This document shows, in pieces, positions 15,642-26,683 of a DNA stretch of 32,000 nucleotides (position 1 is its first letter; each line of letters opens with the position of its first letter). The stretch is from contig CP002278.1 of assembly GCA_000166095.1 (NCBI GenBank), positions 270,001 through 302,000 of the forward strand, given 5' to 3'. The stretch comes from Methanothermus fervidus DSM 2088. Its GTDB lineage: Archaea; Methanobacteriota; Methanobacteria; DSM-2088; Methanothermaceae. Below the pieces are notes generated by a model, which ran no database searches, had not been told where the DNA came from, and was given only the letters and a program-made list of their open reading frames with translations. Position numbers and translations under genes: made by a program.

Positions 15642-18120
15642 ATTTTTTCCTTCTCAAAAGTTTGTTGATTAAGATAGTTGAAGAAACTAAAACGATAAAC
15701 AACCAATCAAATGGAAGTAGTGAGGTTGTTCCAAATATTTTTTGCATAAACGAATTATAAACAATGATTATTTGTAATAAAATTGATGCTAACAATGCTA
15801 TCAACAAAAATTTATTACCAGGCTCATTTGATTTGCAATTAAACACATTGAATAATTGAAAGAAAACAAAAGTTGTGAATGCAACGGTAACAGCCTTAGA
15901 AGGAAATTTGTTTAAATAAAAGTAATAAATTAGGAGAGTTCCAATAGCCATAATAACTCCACTATACAATATTTCAGTTAAATACTTAGATGATAGAATA
16001 TCTCTTTTGACAGGTTTTTTTGCCATTATATCTTTTTCAGGAGGTTCAAGTCCCAATGCTTGAGCTAATGGTCCATCCATTATTATGTTAATCCATAATA
16101 TCTGTATAGGTGTGAACGGAGTAGGTAAATCAGCAATAGAGGATGATAAAATTGATAATATAGCTCCAATGTTAGTTGATAATTGAAATTTTACAAATCT
16201 TCTTATATTGGCGAATATTGTCCTGCCTTCCTTTATAGCAAAAACTATTGTTGCGAAATTATCGTCTTGAAGAACCATGTCCGCGGTATCTTTAGCAACG
16301 TCTGTCCCACTCCCCATTGCAACTCCTATTGAGGCTTTCTTGAGTGCTGGAGCATCGTTGACACCATCTCCAGTCATTGCAACTATATAACCCTTCTTTT
16401 GTAAAGCTTTGACAATTCTTAATTTTTGTCTTGGAAGAGTTCTTGCATAAACTTTAATATCCTCTACTATTGATTCAAATTCTTTGTCACTCATTCTATC
16501 TAATTCTTCCCCTGTTAAAATTTTATCCTTATCATTTAGTATTCCCAGTTCTTTGGCTATGGCAAAGGCTGTATCTTTATGATCTCCAGTTATCATTACA
16601 ATATCTATACCTGCTTTTTTACATAATTTTATAGCTTCAAATACTTCTTTTCTTGGGGGATCCATCATTCCAACAAATCCTAAAAATATTAAATCTTCCT
16701 CAAATCCATTTAATTCAGTAGTTTTTTTATAAGCTAAAGCCATAACCCTTAATGCTTTATTTGCCATTTTTTTAATTACATATTTAAATTCCTTTATGTC
16801 TTCTTCTTCCAATTTTTGAACTTTACCATTTGATTCAAAATATTTGCATTTTTTTAATACAACTTCTGGAGCCCCTTTTGTAAAAACATAATAATTTGAA
16901 CCTTTTTTATGTATGGTACTCATCATTTTTCTTGAGCTATCAAAAGGTATTTCCTTAATTCTAGGATATTTCTTTTCTAAATCTTCTTTTTTGTATCCTT
17001 TTTCTTTTGCAAAATGTAGTAGAGCTATCTCCGTAGGATCGCCAATTGCTTTTTCATTAATTGTTGCATTGTTACAAAGAGTGCAAACCTTAAACGCATT
17101 TTCAGAAAGTAAATAACTTTCTCTTACACGCATTTCATTTTTTGTCAAAGTTCCAGTTTTATCTGTACATATTACATTACAAGAACCTAATGTTTCAACT
17201 GCGAGTAATTTCCTTATTATAGCATTATTCTTCGCCATTTTTTGCATTCCTAAAGCTAAAGTAAGTGTTAAAACTGCAGGTAAACCTTCAGGTACAGCAG
17301 CTACAGCAAGTGCCACAGCAGTTAAAAATGTTTTAAATATTGGCAATCCTTTTAGGGTTTGTAATATAAAAACAAGGACACAAACCGAAAGTGCAAAAGC
17401 ACTTAATGTTTTGCTTAATTTTGCTATTCTTTTTTGTAATGGTGTTTTTTCTTCTTTTTCCTGAATTACTTCAGCTATTTTACCTACTTCAGTGTTCATA
17501 CCAGTTGCTATTACCACACCTTTTCCCCAACCAGATACAACCTTTGATTGCATGTACACGATTAAATCTTTAGTATTTTTTGCATTTTTAGGATTATCAG
17601 CTTTTTTTACAGGCACAGATTCTCCAGTAATGCTTGATTCATCTATAGTCAAATTTGATGCATCTAATATACATAAATCTGCAGGAACTGTATCACCTTC
17701 TCTGATTATTACAATATCTCCAGGAACTAATTCTGAAGATGGTATGTATCTTTTTTTGCCATTTCTTATTACTACCGCCTCAGGAGAAATTAATTTTTTT
17801 AGTTTTTCCATCGCTGCTTCTGCTTTATACTCCTGTATAAATCCAACTACAGCATTTATAAAAACAACTGCCAGTATTACCGTTGCATCTAAAATATCAC
17901 CAACAAACCATGATATTATACTAGCTACAAGCAATATAACCATAGGATATTCCATAAATTGAGATATGAATTGTCTGAATGGGCTTACTTTTCTTTCAAT
18001 CAATTCATTTTTTCCAAATTTTTTTAATCTTTTTTTAGCTTCCTGTTCTGATAGCCCTGTTTCCTTTGATTTAAATTTTTTTAAAATCTCTTGAGTATTC
18101 ATAGAAGCTAGCTTTTCCAT
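15613..18120 (-). CDS. P-type cation-transporting ATPase, P2 (SERCA/PMCA-like, probably Ca2+) type
   Basis: TGES, PEGLPAV (TM4), the phosphorylation site ICTDKTGTLT, MITGDH and TGDGVNDAPALKKA. SD GAGGT lies upstream of ATG 18120. Confidence 0.9.
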   Translation of the reverse strand: MEKLASMNTQEILKKFKSKETGLSEQEAKKRLKKFGKNELIERKVSPFRQFISQFMEYPMVILLVASIISWFVGDILDATVILAVVFINAVVGFIQEYKAEAAMEKLKKLISPEAVVIRNGKKRYIPSSELVPGDIVIIREGDTVPADLCILDASNLTIDESSITGESVPVKKADNPKNAKNTKDLIVYMQSKVVSGWGKGVVIATGMNTEVGKIAEVIQEKEEKTPLQKRIAKLSKTLSAFALSVCVLVFILQTLKGLPIFKTFLTAVALAVAAVPEGLPAVLTLTLALGMQKMAKNNAIIRKLLAVETLGSCNVICTDKTGTLTKNEMRVRESYLLSENAFKVCTLCNNATINEKAIGDPTEIALLHFAKEKGYKKEDLEKKYPRIKEIPFDSSRKMMSTIHKKGSNYYVFTKGAPEVVLKKCKYFESNGKVQKLEEEDIKEFKYVIKKMANKALRVMALAYKKTTELNGFEEDLIFLGFVGMMDPPRKEVFEAIKLCKKAGIDIVMITGDHKDTAFAIAKELGILNDKDKILTGEELDRMSDKEFESIVEDIKVYARTLPRQKLRIVKALQKKGYIVAMTGDGVNDAPALKKASIGVAMGSGTDVAKDTADMVLQDDNFATIVFAIKEGRTIFANIRRFVKFQLSTNIGAILSILSSSIADLPTPFTPIQILWINIIMDGPLAQALGLEPPEKDIMAKKPVKRDILSSKYLTEILYSGVIMAIGTLLIYYFYLNKFPSKAVTVAFTTFVFFQLFNVFNCKSNEPGNKFLLIALLASILLQIIIVYNSFMQKIFGTTSLLPFDWLFIVLVSSTILINKLLRRKKYDISNEWNR

Positions 18121-18469
18121 AATTTATCAACCTCATGCCGTTAATCTTATAACTTTCAGTGCTTAACGGCCTTATAATAAGCTTTGAGCTTGTTTTTTCT
18201 GCAATTTTTATTAAATATGGATATAATTCTATTGGAGGTCTTATGGAATAAATAATTTTAGCATTTTCATATATTTTGATATTAGGCGATGTTATATCAT
18301 CTTTTACAACATCACTACGCATTGGTTTTACATCAGTTAAAATTATATGAAGATTGGAATTAAGTTTTATATAGTCAGCTACTTTGAAAAACTTTCCTAC
18401 ACCTACTTCAACAACTTTGTCTTTATCAGAACATTGTTGGATGATATACTTTGCTAAATCAACCCACAT
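18071..18469 (-). CDS. UPF0146-family protein (small Rossmann/methyltransferase-like fold, function unknown)
   Basis: VVEVGVGKFFKVA, DVKP, DDITSPNIKIYENAKIIYSIRPPIEL. This matches my memory of archaeal UPF0146 proteins. It overlaps the ATPase start by 50 nt. Confidence 0.65.
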   Translation of the reverse strand: MWVDLAKYIIQQCSDKDKVVEVGVGKFFKVADYIKLNSNLHIILTDVKPMRSDVVKDDITSPNIKIYENAKIIYSIRPPIELYPYLIKIAEKTSSKLIIRPLSTESYKINGMRLINYGKASFYEYSRDFKKI

Positions 18470-18484
18470 TTTACCACTGATAGA

Positions 18485-18916
18485 ATGATAATAAGAGAGT
18501 TTAACCCTTCAGACTTAAAAAGAGTATTTGAAATCGAAAAAGCATCCTTTAAAGACCCATATCCTCTTGGCGTATTAAAAATGATGTATGATATTGGCGC
18601 AGGTTTTCTTGTAGCTCAAAAAAATAATAATGTAGTAGGGTATATAATATTTTGGATTCAAAAAAATAATGAAGGTCACATAATTTCACTGGCTGTGGAT
18701 GAAAAATATCGGAGACAAGGTATAGGAACCCGCCTTGTAAACTCTGCTATAAAAATTCTGAAAAAATTTAATGTTAAAGAAGTATCATTAGAAGTTAGAA
18801 AAAGCAACAAAGTGGCTATAAAATTTTATAAGGCTTTGGGATTTAAAAAAGAAGGAGTGGTGCATAAATATTATGATGATGGAGAAGACGCATTAGTAAT
18901 GAAAAAATATTTATAA
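18485..18916 (+). CDS. rimI: GNAT N-acetyltransferase, RimI-like (ribosomal-protein-alanine / N-terminal acetyltransferase)
   Basis: IREFNPSDLKRVFEIEKASF, acetyl-CoA loop YRRQGIGTRL, and FYKALGFK. Confidence 0.8.
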   Translation: MIIREFNPSDLKRVFEIEKASFKDPYPLGVLKMMYDIGAGFLVAQKNNNVVGYIIFWIQKNNEGHIISLAVDEKYRRQGIGTRLVNSAIKILKKFNVKEVSLEVRKSNKVAIKFYKALGFKKEGVVHKYYDDGEDALVMKKYL

Positions 18917-18925
18917 TGAAGTGAT

Positions 18926-19999
18926 ATGATGGAAGCAAAACTAGTATTGGAAGATGGTACAGTTATACATGGAAAAGGTTTTGGTAGTGAAACAACAAAA
19001 TTTGGAGAATTAATATTTTGTACATCCATGACAGGCTACGTGGAATCACTTACAGATCCATCATATAAAGGACATATATTAATGATGACTTATCCATTAA
19101 TAGGAAATTACGGTGTAAATCCTGAATGGTATCAATCTGATGGTATAAAGGCAGAAGGTTTAGTCATTAGAGAACTATGTCAACAACCTTCTCATTATGC
19201 ATGTGAAAGTAATTTATCAAAATTTTTGGAAGATTATGGAATTCCAGGAATATGTGAAGTCGATACGAGAGCATTGACAATTAAAATAAGAAAAATTGGA
19301 AGCTTAAAAGGAGCTATAAGTACAGAAGATATTTCAGACAAAGAATTATTAAGTATGGTACGTGAATATCCTGATATTACTGAAATAGATCTTGTTGATG
19401 AAGTATCAACTAAAAAACCTAAATTTTTTGGTGAAGGAAATAGAACTTTAGTAATTTTAGATTGTGGTGTCAAAAGAAACATAATAAGATCTTTTGTTGA
19501 AAGAAAAACACAAGTAATTTTGCTTCCTTATCATGCCGCGCCGACCGAAATATTAGAATATGATCCAGACGCTGTTTTAGTCTCAAACGGTCCTGGAGAT
19601 CCTAGAAGAGTAAAGAATGTCATTTACACAATTAAAAAATTGTCAAACAAATTACCTATTTTTGGAATATGCTTAGGTCATCAACTAATTTCTTTAGCTT
19701 TTGGAGCTAAAATATTTAAAATGAAATTTGGACACAGAGGATCAAATCATCCTGTAAAAGACATTGAAAGTGGAGAGGTATATATAACTTCACAAAATCA
19801 TGGTTTTGCTGTGGATATTTCATCTTCAGATCTCCCAATAGAAATAACACAAATTAATCTTAATGATGGTACTATAGAAGGCATTAAACATAAAGAATTA
19901 CCGATATTGAGTGTCCAATATCATCCAGAGGCTGGTCCTGGACCATATGATACTAGGTGGTTATTTGACAAATTTATTAAGATTATGGATGAATATTGA
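18926..19999 (+). CDS. carA: Carbamoyl-phosphate synthase small (glutaminase) subunit
   Basis: FGICLGHQL nucleophile elbow, [16 protein letters not shown] and QYHPEA. Confidence 0.93.
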   Translation: MMEAKLVLEDGTVIHGKGFGSETTKFGELIFCTSMTGYVESLTDPSYKGHILMMTYPLIGNYGVNPEWYQSDGIKAEGLVIRELCQQPSHYACESNLSKFLEDYGIPGICEVDTRALTIKIRKIGSLKGAISTEDISDKELLSMVREYPDITEIDLVDEVSTKKPKFFGEGNRTLVILDCGVKRNIIRSFVERKTQVILLPYHAAPTEILEYDPDAVLVSNGPGDPRRVKNVIYTIKKLSNKLPIFGICLGHQLISLAFGAKIFKMKFGHRGSNHPVKDIESGEVYITSQNHGFAVDISSSDLPIEITQINLNDGTIEGIKHKELPILSVQYHPEAGPGPYDTRWLFDKFIKIMDEY

Positions 20000-20008
20000 G
20001 GTGTTATA

Positions 20009-23000
20009 ATGCCAAAATACAAAGATATTGATAGTGTACTAGTCATAGGCTCGGGTCCTATACAAATAGGGCAGGCAGCAGAATTTGATTATTCAGGATC
20101 ACAAGCTTGTAAATCTTTACGTGAAGAGGGTGTAAAAACAATCCTTGTTAATTCAAATCCGGCTACAATACAGACAGATTTGGAAATAGCTGACAAAATA
20201 TATTTAGAACCTTTGACACCAAAAATTGTTGCTAAAATAATAGAAAGAGAAAATCCTGATGCCTTACTTCCAACAATGGGCGGACAAACAGCGTTAAATG
20301 TTGCCACAAAGCTATCAGAAATGGGGGCACTTAAAGATATAAAAGTTATAGGGTCATCAATTGAAACAATACAAAGAGTTGAAGATCGTGAAATGTTCGC
20401 TAATTTTATGAAAAAAATTGGTGAACCTGTACCTAAATATAGGGCTGTAAATTCTGTTGAAGAAGCATTTGAAGCCGTTGAAGAAATAGGATTCCCAGTT
20501 ATAGTACGTCCTGCATACACCCTTGGAGGAACTGGCGGTGGAGTAGCTAAAAATAAAAAAGAGCTTGAAGAAGTAGTTTCTCATGGACTTAAGATGAGTC
20601 TCGTAAATCAAGTTTTAATAGATCAATCCGTCATTGGATGGAAAGAGTTTGAATATGAAGTGATGAGAGATAGAAAGGGCACATGTATCACTGTATGTAA
20701 TATGGAGAATGTAGATCCTATGGGTATTCATACAGGTGAAAGTATAGTAGTTGCTCCAGCCCAGACTCTAAGCGATGAAGATAATCAAAAACTACGTAGT
20801 GCTGCATTAAAAATAATAGATGCATTAGGTATAGAAGGTGGATGTAATATTCAATTTGCATTAAATCCTGAAACTGGAGATTATTTAGTAATAGAGGTGA
20901 ACCCAAGAGTTAGTAGAAGTAGTGCTTTAGCTTCTAAAGCCACTGGATATCCAATAGCAAAAATAGCTGCAAAAATTGCTATTGGACTTACATTAGATGA
21001 AATTCAAAATGATATTACAAAAGAAACTCCTGCTTCTTTTGAACCTACTTTGGATTATGTTGTAACAAAAATACCAAGGTGGCCGTTTGACAAATTTAGA
21101 GAAATAGACAGAAGAATAGGAGTTCAAATGAAATCTACAGGAGAAGTAATGGCAATTGGACGCACAATTGAAGAATCTTTCCATAAAGCAATAAGATCTC
21201 TAGATATAGGAAAAGAAGGATTTTATGATACAAATGTAACTGAAGAAGATTTGAAATATCCAACCGATAAAAGATTATTTAAGATATATTCTGCATTAAA
21301 AAAAGGTTGGAGTATTGAAAAAATTCACAAACTTACAAAAATTGACAAATTTTTCTTGTATAAAATTTTGAACATAGTTAAGTTTGAAAAAAAATTAACT
21401 AAAAAATCTATTAAAGATCCCAAGATTCTTCGCAAAGCAAAGAGGATGGGATTTTCTGATAAAAAATTAGCTGAGATATGTAATGTAAGTGAAAGATACA
21501 TTAGGAAATTAAGAAGAAAATATGGCATAAGACCTGCATATAAAATTGTTGATACATGTGCCGCAGAATTTGAAGCTAAAACTCCATATTATTACAGTAC
21601 TTATGATGATGTTGATGAAGTAGAGGTAAGTGATAAAAATAAGGTGTTAATAATTGGATCAGGACCTATAAGAATAGGACAAGGAATAGAATTTGATTAT
21701 TGTTGTGTACATGCAGCTTTAGCACTTAAAAATGAAGGATTTGAAACTATAATGGTTAATAATAATCCAGAGACTGTTAGTACTGATTATGATGTGTCTG
21801 ACAAACTTTATTTTGAACCACTTACTGCAGAGGATGTTTTAGAAATAATTGAGAAGGAAAAACCTGATGGTGTTATTGTACAATTTGGTGGTCAAAGTTC
21901 CATAAATTTAGCTGAAGATTTGGAAAAAGAAGGGGTTAAAATATTAGGTACACCTTATGAAAGTATAGATAAAGTAGAAGATCGTGAGCGATTTACTAAA
22001 GTTTTAAAGAAGTTAGGTATACCACATCCGCCTTATGGAATTGCCAGATCATTTAAAGAAGCAAAGAAAATTGCAAAGAAAATAGGGTACCCTGTTTTAG
22101 TAAGACCTTCCTATGTTCTTGGTGGAAGGGCAATGGAAATTGTATATAATGATAAAGAACTTAAAGAATATATAGAAGAAGCTGTTAAGGTTTCTCCAAG
22201 ACATCCAATATTAATAGATAAATTTCTTGAGGATGCTATTGAGGTAGATGTTGATGCTTTATCTGATGGTGAGGATGTCTTTATAGCTGGAATAATGGAG
22301 CATATAGAAGAAGCTGGAGTCCACTCAGGAGATTCTGCTTGTGTAATACCTCCTCAAACTTTAAGTAAAGAAACTATTGAAACTATAGAAGAATATACTA
22401 GAAAACTAGCATTAGAGTTAAAAGTAGTTGGATTGATAAACATACAATATGCTGTTAAAAATGAAAATGGAAAACCTAAAGTATATGTGTTAGAAGCTAA
22501 TCCACGTGCAAGTCGTACAGTTCCATTTGTTAGTAAAGCAATTGGTATCTCTTTAGCTAAAATTGCGGCAATGCTAATGGTTGGTAAAAAATTATCTGAT
22601 TTTAACTTAAAAAATAGAAAACTTAAACATGTGGCTGTGAAAGAATCTGTTTTTCCATTTGTTAAATTGCCAGGGGCTGACGTAAGATTAGGTCCAGAAA
22701 TGAAATCCACAGGGGAAACTATGGGAATTGATAAAAATTTTGGATTGGCATATTATAAATCACAACTTGGGGCTGATATGAAAATCCCAACAAGCGGTAA
22801 TATATTAATTAGTGTTAAGGATTCTGATAAAGGAAAAATAAAAGATATTGTTAAAAAGGCTGAAAAACTAGGATTTAACATTATTGCAACAAAAGGAACT
22901 GCTGAAGCCATCAAAGATGTTGTAAAGAATGTTAAAGTTATAAATAAAGTAAGTGAAAAATCACCAAATATCAAAGATGCTTTATTAAATGGAGAGATCG

Positions 23001-23209
23001 ATTTAGTTATTAATACACCTCATGGTAAACGATCTATGGATGATGGATATATAATGCGTAGAATGGCTGTAGATTTGGGAATTCCATATATAACTACACT
23101 TGCTGGAGCCAGAGCAGCTTTAAATGCAATTGAAGCTGTTAAACAAGGTAAGATAAATGTTAAATCATTAAATGAATATCATAAAGAGCCGGACCCTGCA
23201 GTTACTTAA
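20009..23209 (+). CDS. carB: Carbamoyl-phosphate synthase large subunit (unsplit, 1066 aa)
   Basis: Duplicated ATP-grasp halves ([21 protein letters not shown] and [21 protein letters not shown]), [16 protein letters not shown] / [16 protein letters not shown], and a C-terminal MGS-like domain. Confidence 0.95.
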   Translation: MPKYKDIDSVLVIGSGPIQIGQAAEFDYSGSQACKSLREEGVKTILVNSNPATIQTDLEIADKIYLEPLTPKIVAKIIERENPDALLPTMGGQTALNVATKLSEMGALKDIKVIGSSIETIQRVEDREMFANFMKKIGEPVPKYRAVNSVEEAFEAVEEIGFPVIVRPAYTLGGTGGGVAKNKKELEEVVSHGLKMSLVNQVLIDQSVIGWKEFEYEVMRDRKGTCITVCNMENVDPMGIHTGESIVVAPAQTLSDEDNQKLRSAALKIIDALGIEGGCNIQFALNPETGDYLVIEVNPRVSRSSALASKATGYPIAKIAAKIAIGLTLDEIQNDITKETPASFEPTLDYVVTKIPRWPFDKFREIDRRIGVQMKSTGEVMAIGRTIEESFHKAIRSLDIGKEGFYDTNVTEEDLKYPTDKRLFKIYSALKKGWSIEKIHKLTKIDKFFLYKILNIVKFEKKLTKKSIKDPKILRKAKRMGFSDKKLAEICNVSERYIRKLRRKYGIRPAYKIVDTCAAEFEAKTPYYYSTYDDVDEVEVSDKNKVLIIGSGPIRIGQGIEFDYCCVHAALALKNEGFETIMVNNNPETVSTDYDVSDKLYFEPLTAEDVLEIIEKEKPDGVIVQFGGQSSINLAEDLEKEGVKILGTPYESIDKVEDRERFTKVLKKLGIPHPPYGIARSFKEAKKIAKKIGYPVLVRPSYVLGGRAMEIVYNDKELKEYIEEAVKVSPRHPILIDKFLEDAIEVDVDALSDGEDVFIAGIMEHIEEAGVHSGDSACVIPPQTLSKETIETIEEYTRKLALELKVVGLINIQYAVKNENGKPKVYVLEANPRASRTVPFVSKAIGISLAKIAAMLMVGKKLSDFNLKNRKLKHVAVKESVFPFVKLPGADVRLGPEMKSTGETMGIDKNFGLAYYKSQLGADMKIPTSGNILISVKDSDKGKIKDIVKKAEKLGFNIIATKGTAEAIKDVVKNVKVINKVSEKSPNIKDALLNGEIDLVINTPHGKRSMDDGYIMRRMAVDLGIPYITTLAGARAALNAIEAVKQGKINVKSLNEYHKEPDPAVT

Positions 23210-23549
23210 GGAAATCCTTTATCCTCTCAGCACTCCTTCTCATCTCCAACCTTATTAATCCCAAATTAACATCCTCATCTGTCAAAACGACCAATATTCC
23301 TTCACCAACATCCTTCATAAGCATTTTTCCTCTTGATCCTTCAATCATTACCTGTTCCAAAGGTTCCTGTTTTAATTCTTCAACAGATTCCTTTGCAGCC
23401 CCAAAAATAACTGATGACCTTGCAGCAACAATTTCAGCATCCATATCTGAACCCAATTCACTCTCAATTATCAATCCATCCTTACCAACAACCAACGACC
23501 CATTAACACCATCTATTCTGGTTAAATCTCTTAACACTCTTGAGATCAT
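23202..23549 (-). CDS. Roadblock/LC7 (MglB-like) domain protein
   Basis: 115 aa with the typical pattern [22 protein letters not shown]......AE.VAA, plus [28 protein letters not shown] lies upstream. Confidence 0.8.
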   Translation of the reverse strand: MISRVLRDLTRIDGVNGSLVVGKDGLIIESELGSDMDAEIVAARSSVIFGAAKESVEELKQEPLEQVMIEGSRGKMLMKDVGEGILVVLTDEDVNLGLIRLEMRRSAERIKDFLK

Positions 23550-23617
23550 TTTACTCCCTCTAAAATCTTTTTATTGTTGATGTAATAATATTTATTTTAT
23601 CATGAAATTAAAATAAT
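23550..23617. promoter_or_regulatory. Divergent promoter region between the Roadblock gene (-) and the DUF1611-sepF-minD string (+)
   Basis: 68-nt AT-rich spacer (TTTTTATTGTTGATGTAATAATATTTATTTTAT) between divergent genes. Confidence 0.35.
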
Positions 23618-24721
23618 TTGGTAGGTATACAACAAACTAAGGGTGGTTCTTTGTTTACAATATCATCAGTTGAAGAGTTATGGGAACTTAATCCATTTAT
23701 AGTAGTTGGATGTGGAGGTGGAGGAGAAAAATTTGCAAGTTTTGAAGGAGTGGAAACTGTAGGTTTTGTAGATGATGATCCAAAGAAACAAGGGAAAAAA
23801 TTTTGTGGACTAAAAATACATTCAAGTTTAGAATATTTATTAAAAACAACAGATGCTAAAAGTGTTGCTATAATGTTGCCAATAGGTGCTGAAGCTTCTG
23901 CATTAAGATATGCTGTACAAGCTATCGAGCATGGTAAAAATGTAGTAACATCGTTTAGGTCCCTACCATTGTCTGAAAATCCTTCATTAGTAAAACTGGC
24001 ACAAGAAAGAAATGTTGTTATAAAAGAAATAAGTCCTAGGTTAGACAATGTAAAAAAGATTTTTGGAGTTGCACCTTCTAAATGTACAGAAGTTTTACCT
24101 AAAATAACTTATAAACATAAATCTCCTGTTGTATATGTTGGAGGTACTTCACAAGAATGTGGAAAACGCACAACTACAAGATTATTAGGAAAGGAAGCTA
24201 AAAAAAGAGGTATAAATGCGGCGGTGATTTCAACTGACGAGATGGGGATAGAAAGAGATATAGATTTTAATTTCAGAGCAGGTAGCCTATCAGCTATGGA
24301 TGTAGCTTCAGCTGTCATGGGCGCAATAAAATATATAGAAGAAAAAAAAGATCCCGACATAATTTTTGTTGAAAGTCAAGCAAGCTTAACAGAAAGAGGG
24401 AATCCGCACCCAAGAGGATTGTCAGCCTCAATACTCATAGGATCAAGTCCGGATGTTACAGTTTTATGTCATCGTCCAAATCACCCATTTAGAAAACCTC
24501 GTGGTATAAAAGATGAAATAAGAGCTATAGAGGCATTAGAGCCTACTAAAGTAATTGCTATTTCTTTAAATCTTCGAAATATAGTGAAAAAAGAAGATTT
24601 AATTCAAAAATATAAAGAAAGGTATAATTTACCTGTGTTTGATGTTAAGAATGATGGAGCATCTGAATTATTAGATATAATTCTGGAATATATAGGTGGG
24701 TCAAATGAAAAAATTAATTGA
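23618..24721 (+). CDS. DUF1611-like protein (N-terminal Rossmann-like domain plus C-terminal P-loop-like domain)
   Basis: [13 protein letters not shown] resembles the GTDxxxGK(M/R)TT signature I associate with DUF1611. FVESQASL and the roughly 360-aa length also fit. The start is uncertain: TTG 23618 has no SD, and TTG 23651 is preceded by GGGTGG. The 3' end overlaps sepF by 17 nt. Confidence 0.6.
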   Translation: MVGIQQTKGGSLFTISSVEELWELNPFIVVGCGGGGEKFASFEGVETVGFVDDDPKKQGKKFCGLKIHSSLEYLLKTTDAKSVAIMLPIGAEASALRYAVQAIEHGKNVVTSFRSLPLSENPSLVKLAQERNVVIKEISPRLDNVKKIFGVAPSKCTEVLPKITYKHKSPVVYVGGTSQECGKRTTTRLLGKEAKKRGINAAVISTDEMGIERDIDFNFRAGSLSAMDVASAVMGAIKYIEEKKDPDIIFVESQASLTERGNPHPRGLSASILIGSSPDVTVLCHRPNHPFRKPRGIKDEIRAIEALEPTKVIAISLNLRNIVKKEDLIQKYKERYNLPVFDVKNDGASELLDIILEYIGGSNEKIN

Positions 24722-25058
24722 TACATTTAAAAAAAATTTGGGTTTAAATGAAGAAATTACAGAAAAAGAAGTTATAGTGCCAGAACATGAACCTTATAAA
24801 ATAATACTCTCAAAGATAACTACGGCAGAAGAGTTAGATGAACTTATTGATGAATTGATAGATGGAAACACGTTAATTTTAAATTTAGATTATTTAGAGA
24901 AAAATTTTCCTGAAGATGTTGAAAAAGTCGGCGAAAAAATAAAGGAAATAAAGAAAGAATTAGATATTGAAACTATATTACTATGTAAAAATGAAAAAGT
25001 ATTAATGATTACACCACCTGAAATCAAGATTGTCAAAAAATCTAGCCCTGGTGTTTAG
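24705..25058 (+). CDS. sepF: Cell division protein SepF (DUF552) homologue
   Basis: N-terminal amphipathic [14 protein letters not shown], a linker, then the core [34 protein letters not shown]...[13 protein letters not shown], which follows the SepF pattern. AGGTGG followed by 5 nt precedes ATG 24705. Confidence 0.7.
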   Translation: MKKLIDTFKKNLGLNEEITEKEVIVPEHEPYKIILSKITTAEELDELIDELIDGNTLILNLDYLEKNFPEDVEKVGEKIKEIKKELDIETILLCKNEKVLMITPPEIKIVKKSSPGV

Positions 25059-25059
25059 T

Positions 25060-25896
25060 TTGGAATTACCTATAACAAGGCCAATTAAAGAGGGGTTTGG
25101 GGACGAAATAAATTTCAAAAAACTTCTGGAAAATTTGACAAAGGAAGAATTTACAGGTTTTATTAGAGTTACACATGGTTCTGATGAGGGTTACATTCTT
25201 TTTAAGAAAGGCTATCAGGTTGCCGCATCATACAGTTCGGATGTTAGGGAAAAAGCTTTAAATAAAATATTAGAAGTATCCAATGATGAAAAATCGTTTA
25301 TAGAAGTTTTTAAATTAAAAAATGATCAAATTGACTACTTAATAGATATAAACAAATTTTACAAATTAGATAAACCAGTTAAATATTCAGAATCAACTAG
25401 CAAGAAAAAATTGAAAAAAGAAAAAGCTGAAGTGAAGAAGGAGAAAGCTAAAAAAATAAAGAAAAGTAGTGTTAGTCGCGAAGAATTATTAAAGAAATAT
25501 CGTATAAAAGAATTAAATGAAGAAGAAGTTGAAAAGATTTTAGGTGAATTTCTACCAAAAAAGAAAAAGGAAGAAGTAAAGTCAAATAACATAAATATAA
25601 AATTGGATGAAATAAAGCCAAAATTAATTCAAAAAATAAAAAAATCGGTCTCTAACATTCCAAATATAAGGGATGTAAATGTTTTGTTGACTTTTGAAAA
25701 TAAACCTAATTTTAAAGGGAAAATTAAAATCGCTGCTAAATACAAAAGAGGATTATTATTGAAATTACAAGATGTAAAGGAGGAAATTAAAAAATTAAAA
25801 GAAAAAATTATAAACACTGTGGAAAAGATTCTTGTCGATGTTTTCGGCAGTGAAAAGATTCTTAAAAAAGTTGAGATCGAGGTAACAATAAGGTGA
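25060..25896 (+). CDS. Hypothetical tripartite protein: a globular N-domain of about 110 aa, a Lys/Glu-rich linker, and a C-domain of about 90 aa
   Basis: The frame is open from 25009. There is no ATG anywhere in the N-domain. Candidate starts are TTG 25030 (ORF track), GTG 25051 and TTG 25060; the last is preceded by TGGTG at a 6-nt spacing and lies immediately after the sepF stop. The gene ends 4 nt before minD. I do not recognise a characterised family. Confidence 0.6.
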   Translation: MELPITRPIKEGFGDEINFKKLLENLTKEEFTGFIRVTHGSDEGYILFKKGYQVAASYSSDVREKALNKILEVSNDEKSFIEVFKLKNDQIDYLIDINKFYKLDKPVKYSESTSKKKLKKEKAEVKKEKAKKIKKSSVSREELLKKYRIKELNEEEVEKILGEFLPKKKKEEVKSNNINIKLDEIKPKLIQKIKKSVSNIPNIRDVNVLLTFENKPNFKGKIKIAAKYKRGLLLKLQDVKEEIKKLKEKIINTVEKILVDVFGSEKILKKVEIEVTIR

Positions 25897-25900
25897 AAAA

Positions 25901-26677
25901 ATGACGAGAGTTATAGTTGTTGCTTCTGGAAAAGGCGGTGTTGGAAAAACTGTAGTTACAGCAAATTTAGGTGTTGCACTAGCAAAATTTGGTAAAAATG
26001 TTGTAATTTTAGATGCAGACGTTGCAATGGCTAACTTAGAATTGATTCTTGGAATGGAAGGAAAACCTGTTACATTACACAATGTTTTAGCTGGCGAAGC
26101 TCCAATAAAAGATGCTATTTATGAAGGACCAGAAGGTGTAAAAGTAATACCTGCAGGTATTTCTCTCAGTAGTCTTCGTAAAGTTAAATTAGAAAGATTA
26201 GAGAAAGTTTTGGAAGAATTGTTGGAAGAAACTGAAATATTGCTAATTGACGCACCTGCTGGGCTTGAAAAGGATGCAATTACAGCTTTAGCAGCTGCAG
26301 ATGAAGCCTTATTAGTAACAACGCCTGAAATTCCTTCAGTCAGTGATACACTCAAAACAAAAATTGTTGCATCAAAACTAGGCCTTGATATCTTAGGCGT
26401 TGTTATAAACAGATATCAAGATAATGACATGTTTTTAACTCCAGAAGAAGTTGAGAAAATATTGGAAACACCTGTTTTAGCAATAATACCTGAAGATCCT
26501 GAAGTTAGTAGAGCCAGTGCATTTGGAGAACCATTAGTTACTAAAAATCCAAAATCTCCAGCCGCAAATAGTATAATGAAATTAGCTGCAGATTTAATTG
26601 GTGAAAAATATAAACCAAAACTACCTGATAAGACAAGTGTTATTGAAAAATTAATTTCAGTTTTTAAAAGAAGGTGA
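25901..26677 (+). CDS. minD: MinD/ParA-family ATPase (archaeal MinD-like)
   Basis: Deviant Walker [28 protein letters not shown] and LLIDAPAG. The C-terminal amphipathic [13 protein letters not shown] resembles a membrane-targeting helix. SD AAGGTGA lies upstream. Confidence 0.88.
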   Translation: MTRVIVVASGKGGVGKTVVTANLGVALAKFGKNVVILDADVAMANLELILGMEGKPVTLHNVLAGEAPIKDAIYEGPEGVKVIPAGISLSSLRKVKLERLEKVLEELLEETEILLIDAPAGLEKDAITALAAADEALLVTTPEIPSVSDTLKTKIVASKLGLDILGVVINRYQDNDMFLTPEEVEKILETPVLAIIPEDPEVSRASAFGEPLVTKNPKSPAANSIMKLAADLIGEKYKPKLPDKTSVIEKLISVFKRR

Positions 26678-26683
26678 ATAATT

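Noticed and set aside
20009-23209. Internal duplication within carB (two similar halves of about 400 aa)
   Set aside because: This is the well-known ancestral duplication of the two ATP-grasp synthetase domains of carbamoyl-phosphate synthase. It is not a recent repeat or an assembly artefact.
25390-25580. Repetitive A/G-rich DNA (GAAAAAGCTGAAGTGAAGAAG / GAGAAAGCTAAAAAAATAAAG) considered as a tandem or CRISPR-like repeat
   Set aside because: It is in frame within a CDS and encodes a Lys/Glu-rich linker. The repeats are imperfect and have no spacer architecture.
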